From assembly GCA_012295275.1 (NCBI GenBank), contig CM022673.1:806001-870000 (forward strand): a DNA stretch of 64,000 nucleotides, in the 5' to 3' direction. Origin of the DNA: Chrysomallon squamiferum. Lineage: Eukaryota; Animalia; Mollusca. A program made the position numbers and the translations under genes. Below are positions 14,046-32,079 of this stretch, in pieces. Every line of letters begins with the position of its first letter. Position 1 is the first letter of the stretch. The notes under the pieces were generated by a model. It searched no databases. It worked only from the letters and a program-made list of their open reading frames with translations, and had not been told where the DNA came from.

Positions 14046-14484
14046 TCTTCAAACACTTTCACACTTATAAAAAAATAAATATGTAAATAAATAAATGAAT
14101 AAGTATTTAGATATTTGTGTATGTACGTATGTATGTATGTATGTGTGTATGTATGTATGCATGTATGTATGTATGTTTATATGTATGTATGTATGTATGT
14201 ACGTGTGTATGTTTGTGTGTGTGCGTCTGTGTAACTCTTTTATACTTTTAATAAGAAATTTATAACATTCCGTGATTGAAATAAATCAGATAAACGCGAT
14301 GAAAAAGAAGACATATATTTCAGTATTATCAATAGCTTCATTAATTACAGCAGTGGCGACAAAATGGATGAACACTTCAAACCAAAGTCTATTTAGACTA
14401 GAAACACTGTTAATATTTAATAAGTAATTGCTTTAGTTTCTGATTTTAAGTTTAGATGACGTTAGAAAGGAGTATTCTGTTGTC

Positions 14485-14601
<117 letters not shown>

Positions 14602-14619
14602 ATATCTAAAATTGGTCAC

Positions 14620-14796
14620 TGGGTTAATTAGTCCAAAAGGCTTGTTAAGAATTAAACATGTAACAAACAGATCAATAATATCATAGAAACAAACGATGCA
14701 ATGACTCATCTGCTGAAGGGAAAAACGATAAAGAAGACATGGTGAATGACAAGATTTTCTACAATGTTACAGTTACATTGAATGAAAAAGAAATAC

Positions 14797-14827
<31 letters not shown>

Positions 14828-14841
14828 CAACAACTACTACT

Positions 14842-14879
<38 letters not shown>

Positions 14880-15866
14880 AATAATAATAGTAAGAAGAAG
14901 AAGAAAAAAAAGAAGAAAAAGAAAAATAACGTATATATATATATATACACACTCACATATTTACCTATATACATACACACATACACAGATGCACACATAC
15001 ATATATCCACACATACATGCACATAAAAACATATATACATTCATATATACATACATATATGCATATCTCCATACATACATACATACATACATGCATACAT
15101 AATACATACATACACACACACAAACACAAATGGAGTTTATGGTTCTTGAAGAGTATATTTGTTTACATTACTTGGATTATTTTGTATATAATTTTAAAAC
15201 GTTTTCCCTATAAAAATAAATGTTTTTAAACTATGATGGTAACATAATAAATATGTAGCCAAAATCAGCTCAGTACAAATTTAACATTGTACAACTAATA
15301 ACGAATTTCTAAAGAAAAAAAAAAGAGATAATTTGCTGAGAAAAAAACAACAACTATTTCTGAATATAAACGTTTTTCTTTTTTAATTCGTAAACACACA
15401 CAGACAGAGAGCCAGACAGACAGAGAGACAGATGGACACAAGCACACACAAACACACACACACACACACACATACACAGGCACACATCGCTATTGGTTAC
15501 GCTAGGATGAATGTTATAAAAACAAAACTTTTCAAAGAACGAAGAAGATACCTTTCAGAAACAGATAATAAAATTATAATTTCCAAAAGATAATAATCAA
15601 CTTTTTTCTTTTTCTATATATCCTTTAACAAGTACAAAACCACTTTTTTTTTTTTTTTTTTTTGCAAGAGTAATTTTAATTTATTGCTAGAAGAATACTT
15701 AATAAACTTATTACAGGACTATAATATTTCTTTTGTTGAAAAGCTGTCAGCAGAACCCTTGGTGGCATTTAAAAGATGATTACTCGTGTCACATGATCGG
15801 ACAGATTTCATCTCGTTTCTCACGTTTCATTTGATTGGTCTCTATTTCTAATTCACAGACATTCGC

Positions 15867-15897
<31 letters not shown>

Positions 15898-16020
15898 TTA
15901 TTATTATTATTGATATTGATGTTTATTTATTTATTTATTCATTCTGTTTTTCATTTTATCAGTTCTTCCTCTTTAATTTACTAAAATACATTTTTGATTT
16001 TAAACGAAATTTCTGAAACA
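14620..16020 (-). repeat. Right arm of the old inverted duplication (partner ~9760-11030)
   Basis: Same blocks in reverse order and orientation; both arms end at (GA)n/(TC)n tracts facing the spacer. Confidence 0.7.
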
Positions 16021-16447
16021 CACATATATATATCTAAAATTATTTATATATAAATTTAAAAAACAACAACAAATAAATAAATAAACAAAAAAAACAAACA
16101 AATAATGTCAAATAAATGAACAAAAACAACAGAGGAAAACATAACTAGAACAACAACAAGGCTCATCAGCATTCTACAACAACAGAAAAAACAAAACTTT
16201 AATAAAAATTTAAACAAATTTTTCGTGGATACGAATGAATAACTGTTTAATAATTTCACATACTGTAGATTAATTTATAATCACGATAGCACACTCCTAA
16301 AGAGTTAGAATAGCCGGGAAGATGCAATATGTCGAGTGTGGTTTAGTACAAAATCTGTCATAGATTACACAGGAGGATATTCAAATTAACAGTAAATCAG
16401 TGAACGTATCATCCATCAAAACTGTTTTTTAGGATTTAATTTATTTG

Positions 16448-16486
<39 letters not shown>

Positions 16487-16540
16487 TTTTAAATTTTAAG
16501 TCATACTTTAATGGTATCATCCATCAAATACTGTTTTTTT

Positions 16541-16571
<31 letters not shown>

Positions 16572-16732
16572 TTTTATCCTCAACTAGTCCTAAATGATTT
16601 ACATACAAAATTAAAATGCCAGATATCGAGGCTGTCAAACCAATTTTAGATGGATATTTTATTTTATTATCCTAAGTAATACAAAAATTAAAATATATTA
16701 GCCACCATTTAGATGAATTTTTTTTATTATTA

Positions 16733-16766
<34 letters not shown>

Positions 16767-17255
16767 TTATTTTTTTTTTTATCGATGTTTTTGTGTGTAT
16801 CAAAACTGACAAGTTGGAACAAGCTTATTTCATAATAAAATATCTCATATGACTACGCTCCACTAAGAGATACAAACAAAAACTGAAAAATAAAGACAGA
16901 ACTATTTAATTTCTTAGTAACGGTGTAGTCAAAACAAAACCATTTAAAGTGCGAAAAACAAAACCAACAAGCCCCGCCTCTTTCTACCTCTCTAACTGAA
17001 CAGACAAACGCGTTGAGCTCAACATTTGAAAGCTACTGAATTATTTATCATTTTATGTTTGTTCTAAGCTGTGATTTGGCGTACGTCAGAGCGTCATCAA
17101 ACAAACTCCACCCTAAGGAGGAGAATTTACATGTATCTGTGTTTTCCATGGCAACGTCGGGTGTTTAAATAAACTGGATGAGCAGGAGATGTGACAGCGG
17201 AGTTTTGTTAGAAGACTGCAGAAGAGTTGTTTTCACAGTGAAATCTTTGGTCAAG

Positions 17256-20926
<3,671 letters not shown>

Positions 20927-21992
20927 AACAACAACCTTTACGGAAGAGATGCCGTATTAAAAACTTGAACTGTTCGAAGAACAAAACTGTTTTAGATTTA
21001 AACCACAATTACTGTTAGAAAACATAATTTATAGGAAATCTTTTTAAATTTTATTTTCACAAAGTTTATATCTCATTTTTTGTGCTGTGTGTTTTTTCTT
21101 ACTCAAATAAAGCGATGAATGACGTGGGTGTCTGCCCCACTGAAATAAAATACATCGTGATTGGTTTCTTTGATATCCTTATAAAATAAAGTAATAATTA
21201 AAAAAATCTCTGTGTATTTATTATTGTTGTTGTTACTGAAAATGATGACTGTGTGTATGGAAAGAAGAAGAGGCGAAACATATTTAGTCAGATAAAAAAA
21301 GCTGATATTTAAATAAATAAATAAATAAATAATCATAACCCCACAGATTTCATCTTTCTTACTGAAATCACTGAACAGAAACGCTGTACCATATTTACAG
21401 TAGATGTAAATCTTTACTAATAATTTCAGTGTTTATTTCATATAATGATAATCAGCTGAAATGATCCTGCACTAAAGCATGGTTCGAACAAAACTATATG
21501 ATCATACAAAATATTAAAAGATTCATGTATCCATTCGTAAATCCCTCAGATTTTCATACATAAAGTTTCATAGAAACATACAGATATAAAATAAATAAAT
21601 ACATAAATAAAATAAAACAAAATAAAATAAAATAAAATAAAATAAAACATAATATAATAAATTTATTCAGAATCAAGGGAGACTAATCTTAAAACACCGC
21701 TGTACAATCCTAAATGATTATTGTTCTTTTAAAGATTATCTTCTCTTACCAGAATATTTATATCGAAGTGACATCAATAATAAATAAAGAAATCAATAAT
21801 AAATAACAACAACGACAGTAACATAAAAAATAAAATTGATGATCATGAGGATGATAGTATTAATTACAGTATATGATTTATTTGGTGCATATTTATTATC
21901 CGGAAAATAAAGCTTTAACAACGTTTTCGATATTTTTTTAAATTATATATTTATTTAGTTTTTTTTTTAATTATTTATTATTATTATTATTA

Positions 21993-22036
<44 letters not shown>

Positions 22037-22038
22037 TG

Positions 22039-22078
<40 letters not shown>

Positions 22079-22242
22079 TTTTGGAGCTTACACCACACAG
22101 TAACTTCCAGACTTAGCAATCGCAATGTTCTGAAATTACAGTACTCATTTTAGAAAAGTAATTTTAACTGTCATTTTTTCAAATGACGTTCACGACAACT
22201 GCAAAAAATAAAATAAAATAAAAATAAATAATAAAATAAATA

Positions 22243-22302
<60 letters not shown>

Positions 22303-22357
22303 AAATAAAGTAATTCATTCATTCATTAAAACGGAGAGAAAAATTTAAAAACAAGGC

Positions 22358-22412
<55 letters not shown>

Positions 22413-22645
22413 GACGCTGCACCATGAATGAAAGATAAAGGGACATAACTTTTCTGCGTTGTTGCGCGTCGCAAAATACAGAATAACGAACAGCAGGATT
22501 AAAACACACGAGCTGTTAGATATGAGACATGTTGATTTGCTGTATAAAACTACGATTCTTACAATGCAGGTGTTTTACACAAACCCCGTCCCTGTTTCTA
22601 GACTTGCACCAGTCTGTAGTTACAAAAAAATATAACTGTTGTCGG

Positions 22646-22895
22646 TGTTAATGCTAAACATTTATTGTCCTGTCGACTAGGTCACCTGGTTGTTTTTACT
22701 GTTATATTTCTCCAGAACTGAAAGAGATCAATATGTTATTTGAACAGCAACAAGATTACTTCAATTTCCTTGTCTCTTAGTGATAGGATAGAACATTTTG
22801 GATTGTCTTCTGTAGGTAACTGAAATCAATTAACTTGCCTCATTTCACAACTAGACCAGTATAGTGATGAATAGTTATTATAATATTAAACAATA
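22646..22895 (+). repeat. ~260-bp non-coding element, copy 2
   Basis: Direct repeat of 12748-13015. Confidence 0.8.
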
Positions 22896-23723
22896 ACTTT
22901 TTTTATTTTATTGTTTTTATTATTTATTATATTATATTATTATTATTATTATTTTTTGCATTTGACTTGATATTAATTGTTTATGCAGTATTGGTAACAA
23001 ATGTTAATGTGCCCGCTGTTAATTCTTAATATAACTTTGAAATTACAATGTTGTGTAACCCAGTGCATATTGACATACATACACACACATACATATATAT
23101 ATATATATACACACACACATACATACATATATACATACATACACATATACATATATCCAAACATACATACATACACATACATGCATACACATATACATAT
23201 ACATACATGCATAAATTCATATATTAGACAAAACAATACAGTTGCTAAACATACAGTTGAGTGCATTTATTAACAATGTTTTACATATATACCCGAAATA
23301 AAACAGTTGTTAAACACAACGTTGAGAAATCATTTAATAACAATATTTTTATATAACAGCTATTTGCATGTTTGAATATCTAAGTGCTGAGACAGACTCG
23401 AAATAAAGACGATTAATTACAAAAGACTTAATCACAATAATTTGTTAATAAAAAAAGAAAAGATTCTGCATTGTTAAAACGTTATCAGCAGCTCTAAAAT
23501 AACAGTCAATATCTCTTCACACTATGAGTCACCAGCCACGTTGCTCATGTTCGCTGAAAATCATTACAGTTAGCAAAAACGAGATTTATAGTTTATTATA
23601 ATTACTCTGACGATCATGCAGTCGATGCCTCAAAGTACAGCGGTTAGTCCCATAACAGCACACACACACACAAACACACACACAAACACACACACACACA
23701 TACACACACACATACACACACAT

Positions 23724-23754
<31 letters not shown>

Positions 23755-24879
23755 CACACACACGCGCGTATATGGCGACTTAGAATTATTGAACTTTCAA
23801 GATATTAAGTTATTGATCTGGGTGACGTATCATCGCACATAACAAAGAATGGCAACAATACAATAACACAACAATACAATAACACAACAATACAATAACA
23901 CAACAATACAATAATGCTACCATACTGGAGTCGTGACATTAACGCGTAAATGGCTAACTGATAACCTTCTTTTTTCTTTTTATCTTTTTTTTTTTCTGAC
24001 ACAGAGAAAAACATTTAGAACGGTCGAAAAACATTTAGACCGAATTATTCTGAAAAAAAAAAAAAAATCCTTAAAATTGTACAGTATTTCAGCATTTGTT
24101 TCATAGTAAATATAGTTATGAGATATTTGATTATTAGAATTTTTTATTTTATTTGTAATATTGAAATTTTAAAATACTGCACCCGACCATAGTTGGTCAT
24201 CTAGTAAAATATATCTAGTTTTCGATTTCTGCTTATTTTTCAGTCATAAATACTTTCATTTATATCTCTTCCTACTTGAATTATAAGTTATAATTATTTG
24301 AAATAAATTATACACTCTGATTCAGCATTATTACCTTTTAAAAATTTATTACATAGCAATCACTGGCTGCTCTATTACTTGGTTCTGACAGGTCTACCCG
24401 ACGTCTATATTATTGTTATTTAATCCAGCATGAAAAATCTATTAATCTCTCAAAGACCGTAGAAAACAAACGATCATTCGCAGCTTGATTGAATGCTGTA
24501 GTTGAGTTTTTTTTTTTTTTTTTGAGAAGACGAGATACAATTTGAAATCTCTACATCAAACGAATACGTCAGACGTCAGTTAGTATTGTGACAGCCATTG
24601 TGTAATATTGATTGTCACAGTTTTCTCCGTGATTCAGGTAATAAATCAAACATTTTACACTGTATTAATCCATCAATGTTTTTTTTTTTTTTTTTTTTTA
24701 TATGTATTTCATTCTTGTCAGGATGAATTTAGATTTCTATTGTAGCTGGACCGCTATTAGGTTAGCAGTGTTGGCATCAATGCTTTGCAGAGAACAATTT
24801 CAAAGGACACTTCCCTGACAACGTCCAAACAGCTGTCAACAAAGTAGAACTCGCTGGAGTGCATATTACTGTGTTATAG

Positions 24880-25868
24880 CCAACAGTGAATAAATGTAAC
24901 ATGTAACACTAACGGTAATTAAATGTAACATGTAACACTGAGAGTGAATAAATACAAGATGTAGCACTAGCAGTGAATAAATATAACATGTAACACTCAC
25001 AGCGAATATATATAACATGTAACACTAACAGCAAATAAATATAACATGTAACACTGACAGTACAAAAATGTAACATGTAACACTAACAGCGAATAAATAC
25101 ATGTAACACTAACAGCGAATAAATATAACATGTAACACTGACTGTGAATAATTATAGCATGTAACACTAACAGCGAATAAATATAACATGTAACATTAAC
25201 AGCGAATAAATATAACATGTAACACTAACTGTGTATAATTATAACATGTAACACTAACAGCGAATAAATATAACATGTAACACTAACAGCGAATAAATAT
25301 AACATGTAACACTAACTGTGAATAAATATAACATGTAGCAATAACAGCGAATAAATATAACATGTAACACTAACTGTGAATAAATATAACATGTAACACT
25401 AACAGTGAATAATATAACATGTAACACTAACAGTGAATACATATAAGATGTAACACTAACATTGAATAAATATTACATGTAGCACTAACAGTGAATAAAT
25501 ATAACATGTAGCACTAACTGTGAATAAATATGACATGTAACACTCACAGTGAATAAATATAAGAAGTAACACTAACAGCGAATAAATATAACATGTAACA
25601 CTAACAGCGAATAAATATAACATGTAACATTGACAGTGAATAAACATGACATGTAACATTAACAGTGAATAAATATAACATGTAACTCTAACTGTGAATA
25701 AATATAACATGTAGCACTAACAGTGAATAAATATAACATGTAACACTAACAGTGAATAATATAAAAGGTAACACTAACAGTGAATAAATATAGAATGTAA
25801 CACTGACAATGAAAAAATATAACATGTAACACTAGCAGTGAATAAATGTAACAAGTAACATTGACAGG
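24880..25868. repeat. 29-bp minisatellite, ~34 copies
   Basis: Consensus ACACTAACAG(C/T)GAATAAATATAACATGTA, head-to-tail with no spacers. Confidence 0.95.
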
Positions 25869-26071
25869 AAACTGACACAGTTGTGTATTATTGTTTTATA
25901 AATAAGGTTAAGCCACTGAAGTGGCAGTAAAAACCCAGATCTAATTCATCACTTTTTTCCTCAGTAATTATTTTCGTGATATTACCAGACACAACAGAGC
26001 TTGATTACAGGTTGTCAATGACAACTTCTCGATTATCCAATAGGAACCTGTGATGATAACAAATGAATGTA

Positions 26072-26203
26072 ACGTACCTCCTCTTGACGATAATAATTTT
26101 GTTTTGGCAACAGAGCTGTATAAATGGGTAAAACTGAGATACACAAATCATACCACGGGCACATTTCAAGACGTTGGAAGGAAAGGCCAAGAAGAAGTCA
26201 AAG
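26072..26203 (+). promoter_or_regulatory. Core promoter/5'UTR of gene C, shared with D, E and F
   Basis: TATAAA at 26119-26124, 85 bp before the ATG. Near-identical blocks at 48421-48552 (+), 44788-44919 (-) and ~56967-57093 (+). Confidence 0.65.
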
Positions 26204-26555
26204 ATGAAAGCCTTGTTTCTGGTCGTTGTTCTAGCAGGTTAGTTTATGGTACATATTTGTAAAATAAATGTGTGTTTATTTGGAAACGTATAATTCTTTT
26301 CTTTTACAGAGCACACAAAAAAAATAGTTTAAAAAAAAATATATATATTTTATAATACAAAATATTACTTCAAATAATGCTTAATATAAATTATATATTA
26401 TTAATAAGTATAGTTGACATTTTTAATTATTTTTAACAGTGATATGAATAACGCAGTTATTTCTATCGATCAGCATTTATAGCCAATGAATTTATTTTAG
26501 TTTTTTTTTTGTATATCTTGTTCTTCTTCTTTATCTTCTTCTTCTTCTTCTTCTT

Positions 26556-26638
<83 letters not shown>

Positions 26639-27141
26639 TGCTTCTTCTACTGTTGCTGCTGCTACTATTAGTACTAATATACATCAACAGTTTCATGTGG
26701 ATCCATAATAAACTAAATTCAATGGAATTCAATATGTTAAGGATACTATTTCATTTTTTAATTTTTACTGAATTTAGCTGTCGCTGGATCAGCATATTCA
26801 GTCTCAACCTGTGAAGAATGTTATAACGACTTCAACGGATCTACTGATAAATGCAAGTATGAATTTTACTTTCATTATTCATAAACATACTGGTATGATG
26901 TTCTAAATGTAATGTTTCTGAATGAGTTCAAAATTATCCCTCAGCTCATAATAGCTCCTTTTCTATATTATATTTTATTAATTATGTTTCCTAAAATTCC
27001 ATTTAAGATAAAATTGAAATGTTAAATGACCCTAACATTTTTCATTTATAGAAATTGTGCATGTTTATATGTAATAGCAGTATCCTTTCAAAAATAATAC
27101 CTGTCAAAAAATGATATGTAAATAAATTAATTAATTAATAA

Positions 27142-27208
<67 letters not shown>

Positions 27209-27293
27209 ACAAACAAACAAACAAACAAACAGGTTAACTTTATGAATTATTATGTATGGGTGTTATGGTATATATTATGAAAAAACCTGTACG

Positions 27294-27327
<34 letters not shown>

Positions 27328-27640
27328 CATACATACACGATTATTATTCTTTCATTGGAAATTATGGAACACTATAATGAAATATCATAAAGTTCCAAAT
27401 TAACATTGAAAATTTAATATCACCATTCTTCAAAATGAAATTCTGTTTAATAATGTTTTTCGTTTGTTTCTTAGCGCGACTGTAACAGCTGCTACGTGTC
27501 TTCTTGCTGGAACTGATGCCACTTGTACTGGAGATTCAGCCAAGACTGCTGAAAAACAGTTAAAAGATGGCACCAACACAGTGTACAACATTGCAAAAAC
27601 TCAAAACTGTAGTAAGTTTTAATTTTATTTGAAAAAATAA

Positions 27641-27679
<39 letters not shown>

Positions 27680-28762
27680 GAAACAAAACAAAAATAAAAA
27701 AGAAAACAACAAAAACAAAACAACAAAAAGACAACAACATCGTAAGCAGAAAGAATAGTTAAAGTTCGTAACCATTACAGTCAACATTAATAAATATTTT
27801 TGTTTCATCATCGTTAATATCTTCATCAAAATAAGCCAGTCTAACATAAAAATCAAACAAATCCTTAAATTAACATAAATTTGTATTGAGATCACATAAA
27901 TTGTTTGATGAATGCAGAATAACAGTATTGTTTTCTATCTTGCTTCCGATCGTCATCGTCTTGATGGTCATAATCATCATCAGTATTATTATCTTCTTCT
28001 TCACGAACGTCATTAAAATCATCTTCTTGAAGATCATAATTCTCAGTATGAATTACTAAACAGAAAAATACAATGGTTTGATATAATTATGACATTTTGC
28101 ATGCAGACTAATAATAACTAGAGATTGAAATTGGTATTTTATTTTATAATAAGCGTCATAATGATGTAGTTTTCAATCTATCTATTGGTCTACCAATCCA
28201 TCTATCTATCTGTCTATATACATGATTTAAAAACAAATCTATGACCATAAACAGTTCCTCTTTACGAATCCACTTATGAAATGTTAAAGTAATCAACAAA
28301 GTCATTTCATTTATTAATTCAATCCATCACTGACTGAATACGTCAATTTCAGACTTTCTGTGTTATCGGATCAAGTTACAAATGAAATATTTATATGTTT
28401 TACATTACAGGTACTGGAATAACTGATTTGTGTTCATGTCAGGGACAGTATGCTACTAAGGTGGCTTCCAGGACAAACATAACATCAAATGATACCAAGT
28501 GCAAGTAAGATAAATTACGTCATTTATTCCCCCTTTTCAAAAATTTGTAATTAAAATTAAGAATATTGATATATAAACTGGAAAACGAGTTAAGCGTAAA
28601 AAATAATTCCGAACTGACTCATAGATGAATTCAAATAAATATAAACATAATTTACACAACGAAATTCAGCTAAATCAAGACATACACACATACATACATA
28701 CATTATAAGAAACATAAATAGTTTGTGTCAGTTCTTCTATTAACACATTTTTTCTTCTTTTT

Positions 28763-28802
<40 letters not shown>

Positions 28803-29116
28803 CTTCGTATTTGTGTGCTTGTTTATGTATGTATGTATACGAATGTGTGTGAAATTAACAGATTTAGTCAGTATCTATTGGTGGGGTGTTTTTCAATGAA
28901 GCAAAATCGTACGTGATGTGTGTTTGTAACATAGACACTTCAAACACGTGACTGATCAAAATCTCAAACTGATATCAAAACGGAAGGTCACGAATATGAA
29001 TTTTAGATGAATTTTAATTTTAGCACCTAAAACAATTTTAATTGCTAATTTCTAAGAAACTGATAATTTTGACAGCATCGTTTTCTTTATTTCGTTTTAT
29101 ATACAAAGATTCCTAC

Positions 29117-29190
<74 letters not shown>

Positions 29191-30029
29191 TACATACATA
29201 CATAACTGCACGTATAAATGCATGTAAACATAACGAGTGTGTGTAGTTGTTACTGCTTTATGTATTTTTCAATCAAGAAATGTGTTTCCATTATAAATGT
29301 ATAAATGCTTATAAGCATATTTTGTATATGGGGATGTTGCTGATAAGAAACAGATAATGTTAGCTGTATTGTTTTATGTTTTCTTCATTCAGCGAAGCAA
29401 AAGACTACAAGACCTGTGTAGTTGGAAAAGATGCCGCAATGAAAGCCTGTGATGGAACAAAAAAGCAGCCTGATATTCAAACTGAAGCCGAGGCAAAGGT
29501 TACCGAATTGTGTAAGTATTAGTGTTGGCATAATTCTGTGCTGTTTTATTTGCATATTGTATATGGTCTATGTCTTCTTCAGTGAAATTAATAAATCTGC
29601 TTGTGAATAAGTGTTTATGTTTATAAAACGTCTTATATATTTATTTCAAGTTTCTTTTATATTGTTCTGCAGTGTTCAAAACGTTTTTAAATATTTTATA
29701 AGCGTAAGAAAAAAAATAATGTTTTAAATATCTGCTCCGTGCACATTTAAAAGAATTAACGAATGAACAAAGTATTTAATTAAAACAATACATAAACTAC
29801 CAAACTGGAAAAGAGGACGACATTTTATTTATGCTCAAAACGCTAAGTAAGTCATAAAGATATGAATATGTAACAAGTTAAATAAATATATTAAATATCT
29901 TTATCAATATTTATCATACCATCGTCTCACTTGTGTTATTTTCTTGCAGGTTCTTCTTTCGCCGTTGGACTCAAATCAACTTTGATGATCATCTTTGTTT
30001 CTCAGTTTATCGTATTCTGGAAAGTCTAG
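26204..30029 (+). CDS. Gene C: secreted, probably GPI-anchored, two-domain 12-cysteine protein (180 aa), intact
   Basis: Exons 26204-26237, 26778-26856, 27475-27611, 28411-28504, 29393-29511, 29950-30029. Spliced ORF: MKALFLVVVLAAVAGSAYSVSTCEECYNDFNGSTDKCNATVTAATCLLAGTDATCTGDSAKTAEKQLKDGTNTVYNIAKTQNCSTGITDLCSCQGQYATKVASRTNITSNDTKCNEAKDYKTCVVGKDAAMKACDGTKKQPDIQTEAEAKVTELCSSFAVGLKSTLMIIFVSQFIVFWKV*. TATAAA at 26119, AATAAA at 30226. Confidence 0.9.
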
Positions 30030-30688
30030 CTTACTTGTCATAAAAATCAAGTATTTAACATAACAATAATGACAAATATTTCGTCTTAGATCAAGAATAC
30101 TATTAAAAATGTTTAGTATTTTTTTAGTGAGTTTATCTAAACACTGGATATATGACGTGAATTTCATTCACTGAATAATATCACCATTCTTTCTTTTATT
30201 ATTTCTAAATTTTTATTAGAGGTGAAATAAAATATCTGATAAAAATGTGTTTTTTTTTTTTTTTTTTTTTTTTTTTTTCTTTTCCAACATTGAGATGTAT
30301 CACATAAGTTACTGAAAAACATTTTCGTATAAACTATAATGTTTTTTTTTTCTTTCTCTCTTTTTCCTCTATATTTTTAGGTATGAAATAAGCATATGTC
30401 ACATATATTTAACCTATGCTGGTTTTTAAAACACACATATGCTATAACAGAAATTAAAAAAAATGAGTTTTATAGCAAAAGTAAGAAATGTTGGTTCAAC
30501 TAAACAACCTATAATATATGAAATAAAATGATAATAGAGTAATATTCTAATTTTCCAAATACATTTTTCTTCTGAGGATATTTAATTAGTCTCTAGATGA
30601 ATACGAATGAAAATTGTGCATTTGAGATGTATATTATCTTCTACTTTTCTAACCGTTAAAATACTACTACTACTACTACTACTACTAC

Positions 30689-30721
<33 letters not shown>

Positions 30722-31014
30722 TAACAAAATAATAAATAAATACATATAAGCAGCAGTGCAGAAATAGAGTATTAAAACTATCTACAAACACTGTTTGATA
30801 GCAGAGATAGAGATATATAACAAAACTAAGGGAAATAACTCGGGTGGGAAACAGTTTAAAACTAATTATCTTCCTTATGCTGTTCGCATGTTAGTGTCTA
30901 GCCTGTTTATTTTTCAATATCGTATTTCTTCAATAATAATAATCATTATTTATGTGCGTGTGTGTTAATATATGTCTGTATTTATGTATGTGCATATGAG
31001 AGTAAGTAGTTTAG

Positions 31015-31200
31015 GATTTGAATATTCTCCCTTTCATCTACGACTGATTAGACTCTGCACACAGACAATATGAACGAACGCACTAGCGGACAAAGGCAAA
31101 GTCCAAACACGACTTCACAAACTCCGTCAGACTCGAACGTATGACACCCATTCGCCCGTAAATAGAAGGAGGACAACGTTACCATGTAGCCATCGCGACA
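31015..31200 (-). mobile_element. tRNA-derived SINE copy
   Basis: Reverse strand reads gtcgcgaTGGCTACATGGtaacgttgtcc...GTTCGAGTCtgacgg; same family as 18463-18665. Confidence 0.65.
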
Positions 31201-32079
31201 GTCTTAAGAAAGATTACTCAGTAACCGAAGGTAATCATCGCTTTCCACGAAGCACACGCCATTCTTTAGCAAAATACGAATAAAATAACCATTAGTTAGC
31301 TATCATTGACTACATTCACTGAATCATAAGAGTAAATTACTTTTTAGGTCTGTTACTGTTTACAAACTTTTTCTAATACAAATACAATTCAAAAAACTAT
31401 TTAAAACTATTTTATATACTGTTTAGAAGATATCCTACTTTTGTTTTCACCAAAACATTTAACAGTCAATTTTTATATGTGTGTATGTATGTATGTATGT
31501 ATGTATGTATGTATGTATGTATGTATGTATGTATGTATGTACGCATGTATCTATTTATGTATGTAAGCATCTATGTATACATGTACGTAAGTATGTATAT
31601 TAACCTGCATTTTTAATAACCTGCATTTATGCACAGATACAGATACGCTCTGAATATTTTTTAACTCAGATGTTATTCTAAAGAACTCACAGGGATTCCT
31701 GGTTTAACATTCACTATGTATGTGTGTATCATATGTGTATGCATGTATGTATCTAGGTATGTGTGTATATATGTATGTATGTATGTACGTATGTATGTAT
31801 GTATGTATGTATCCATGTATCCATGTATCCATGCATGTATGTATGTATGTATGTATGTATGTATATATGTATAAATGTATGTATGTATTCATGTATGTAT
31901 GTATGTATGTATGTATGTATGTACGTACGTATGTATGTATGTATGTATGTATCCATGTATCCATGTATCCATGCATGTATGTATGTATGTATGTATGTAT
32001 GTATATATGTATAAATGTATGTATGTATGTATTCATGTATGTATGTATGTATGTATGTATGTATACATGTAGGTATGTA

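Noticed and set aside
24880-25868. 29-bp array as a CRISPR array or Cys/His-rich repeat protein
   Set aside because: Units are contiguous with no unique spacers, there are no cas genes, the context is eukaryotic, and the minus-strand ORFs shift frame with a 29-bp unit that is not a multiple of 3.
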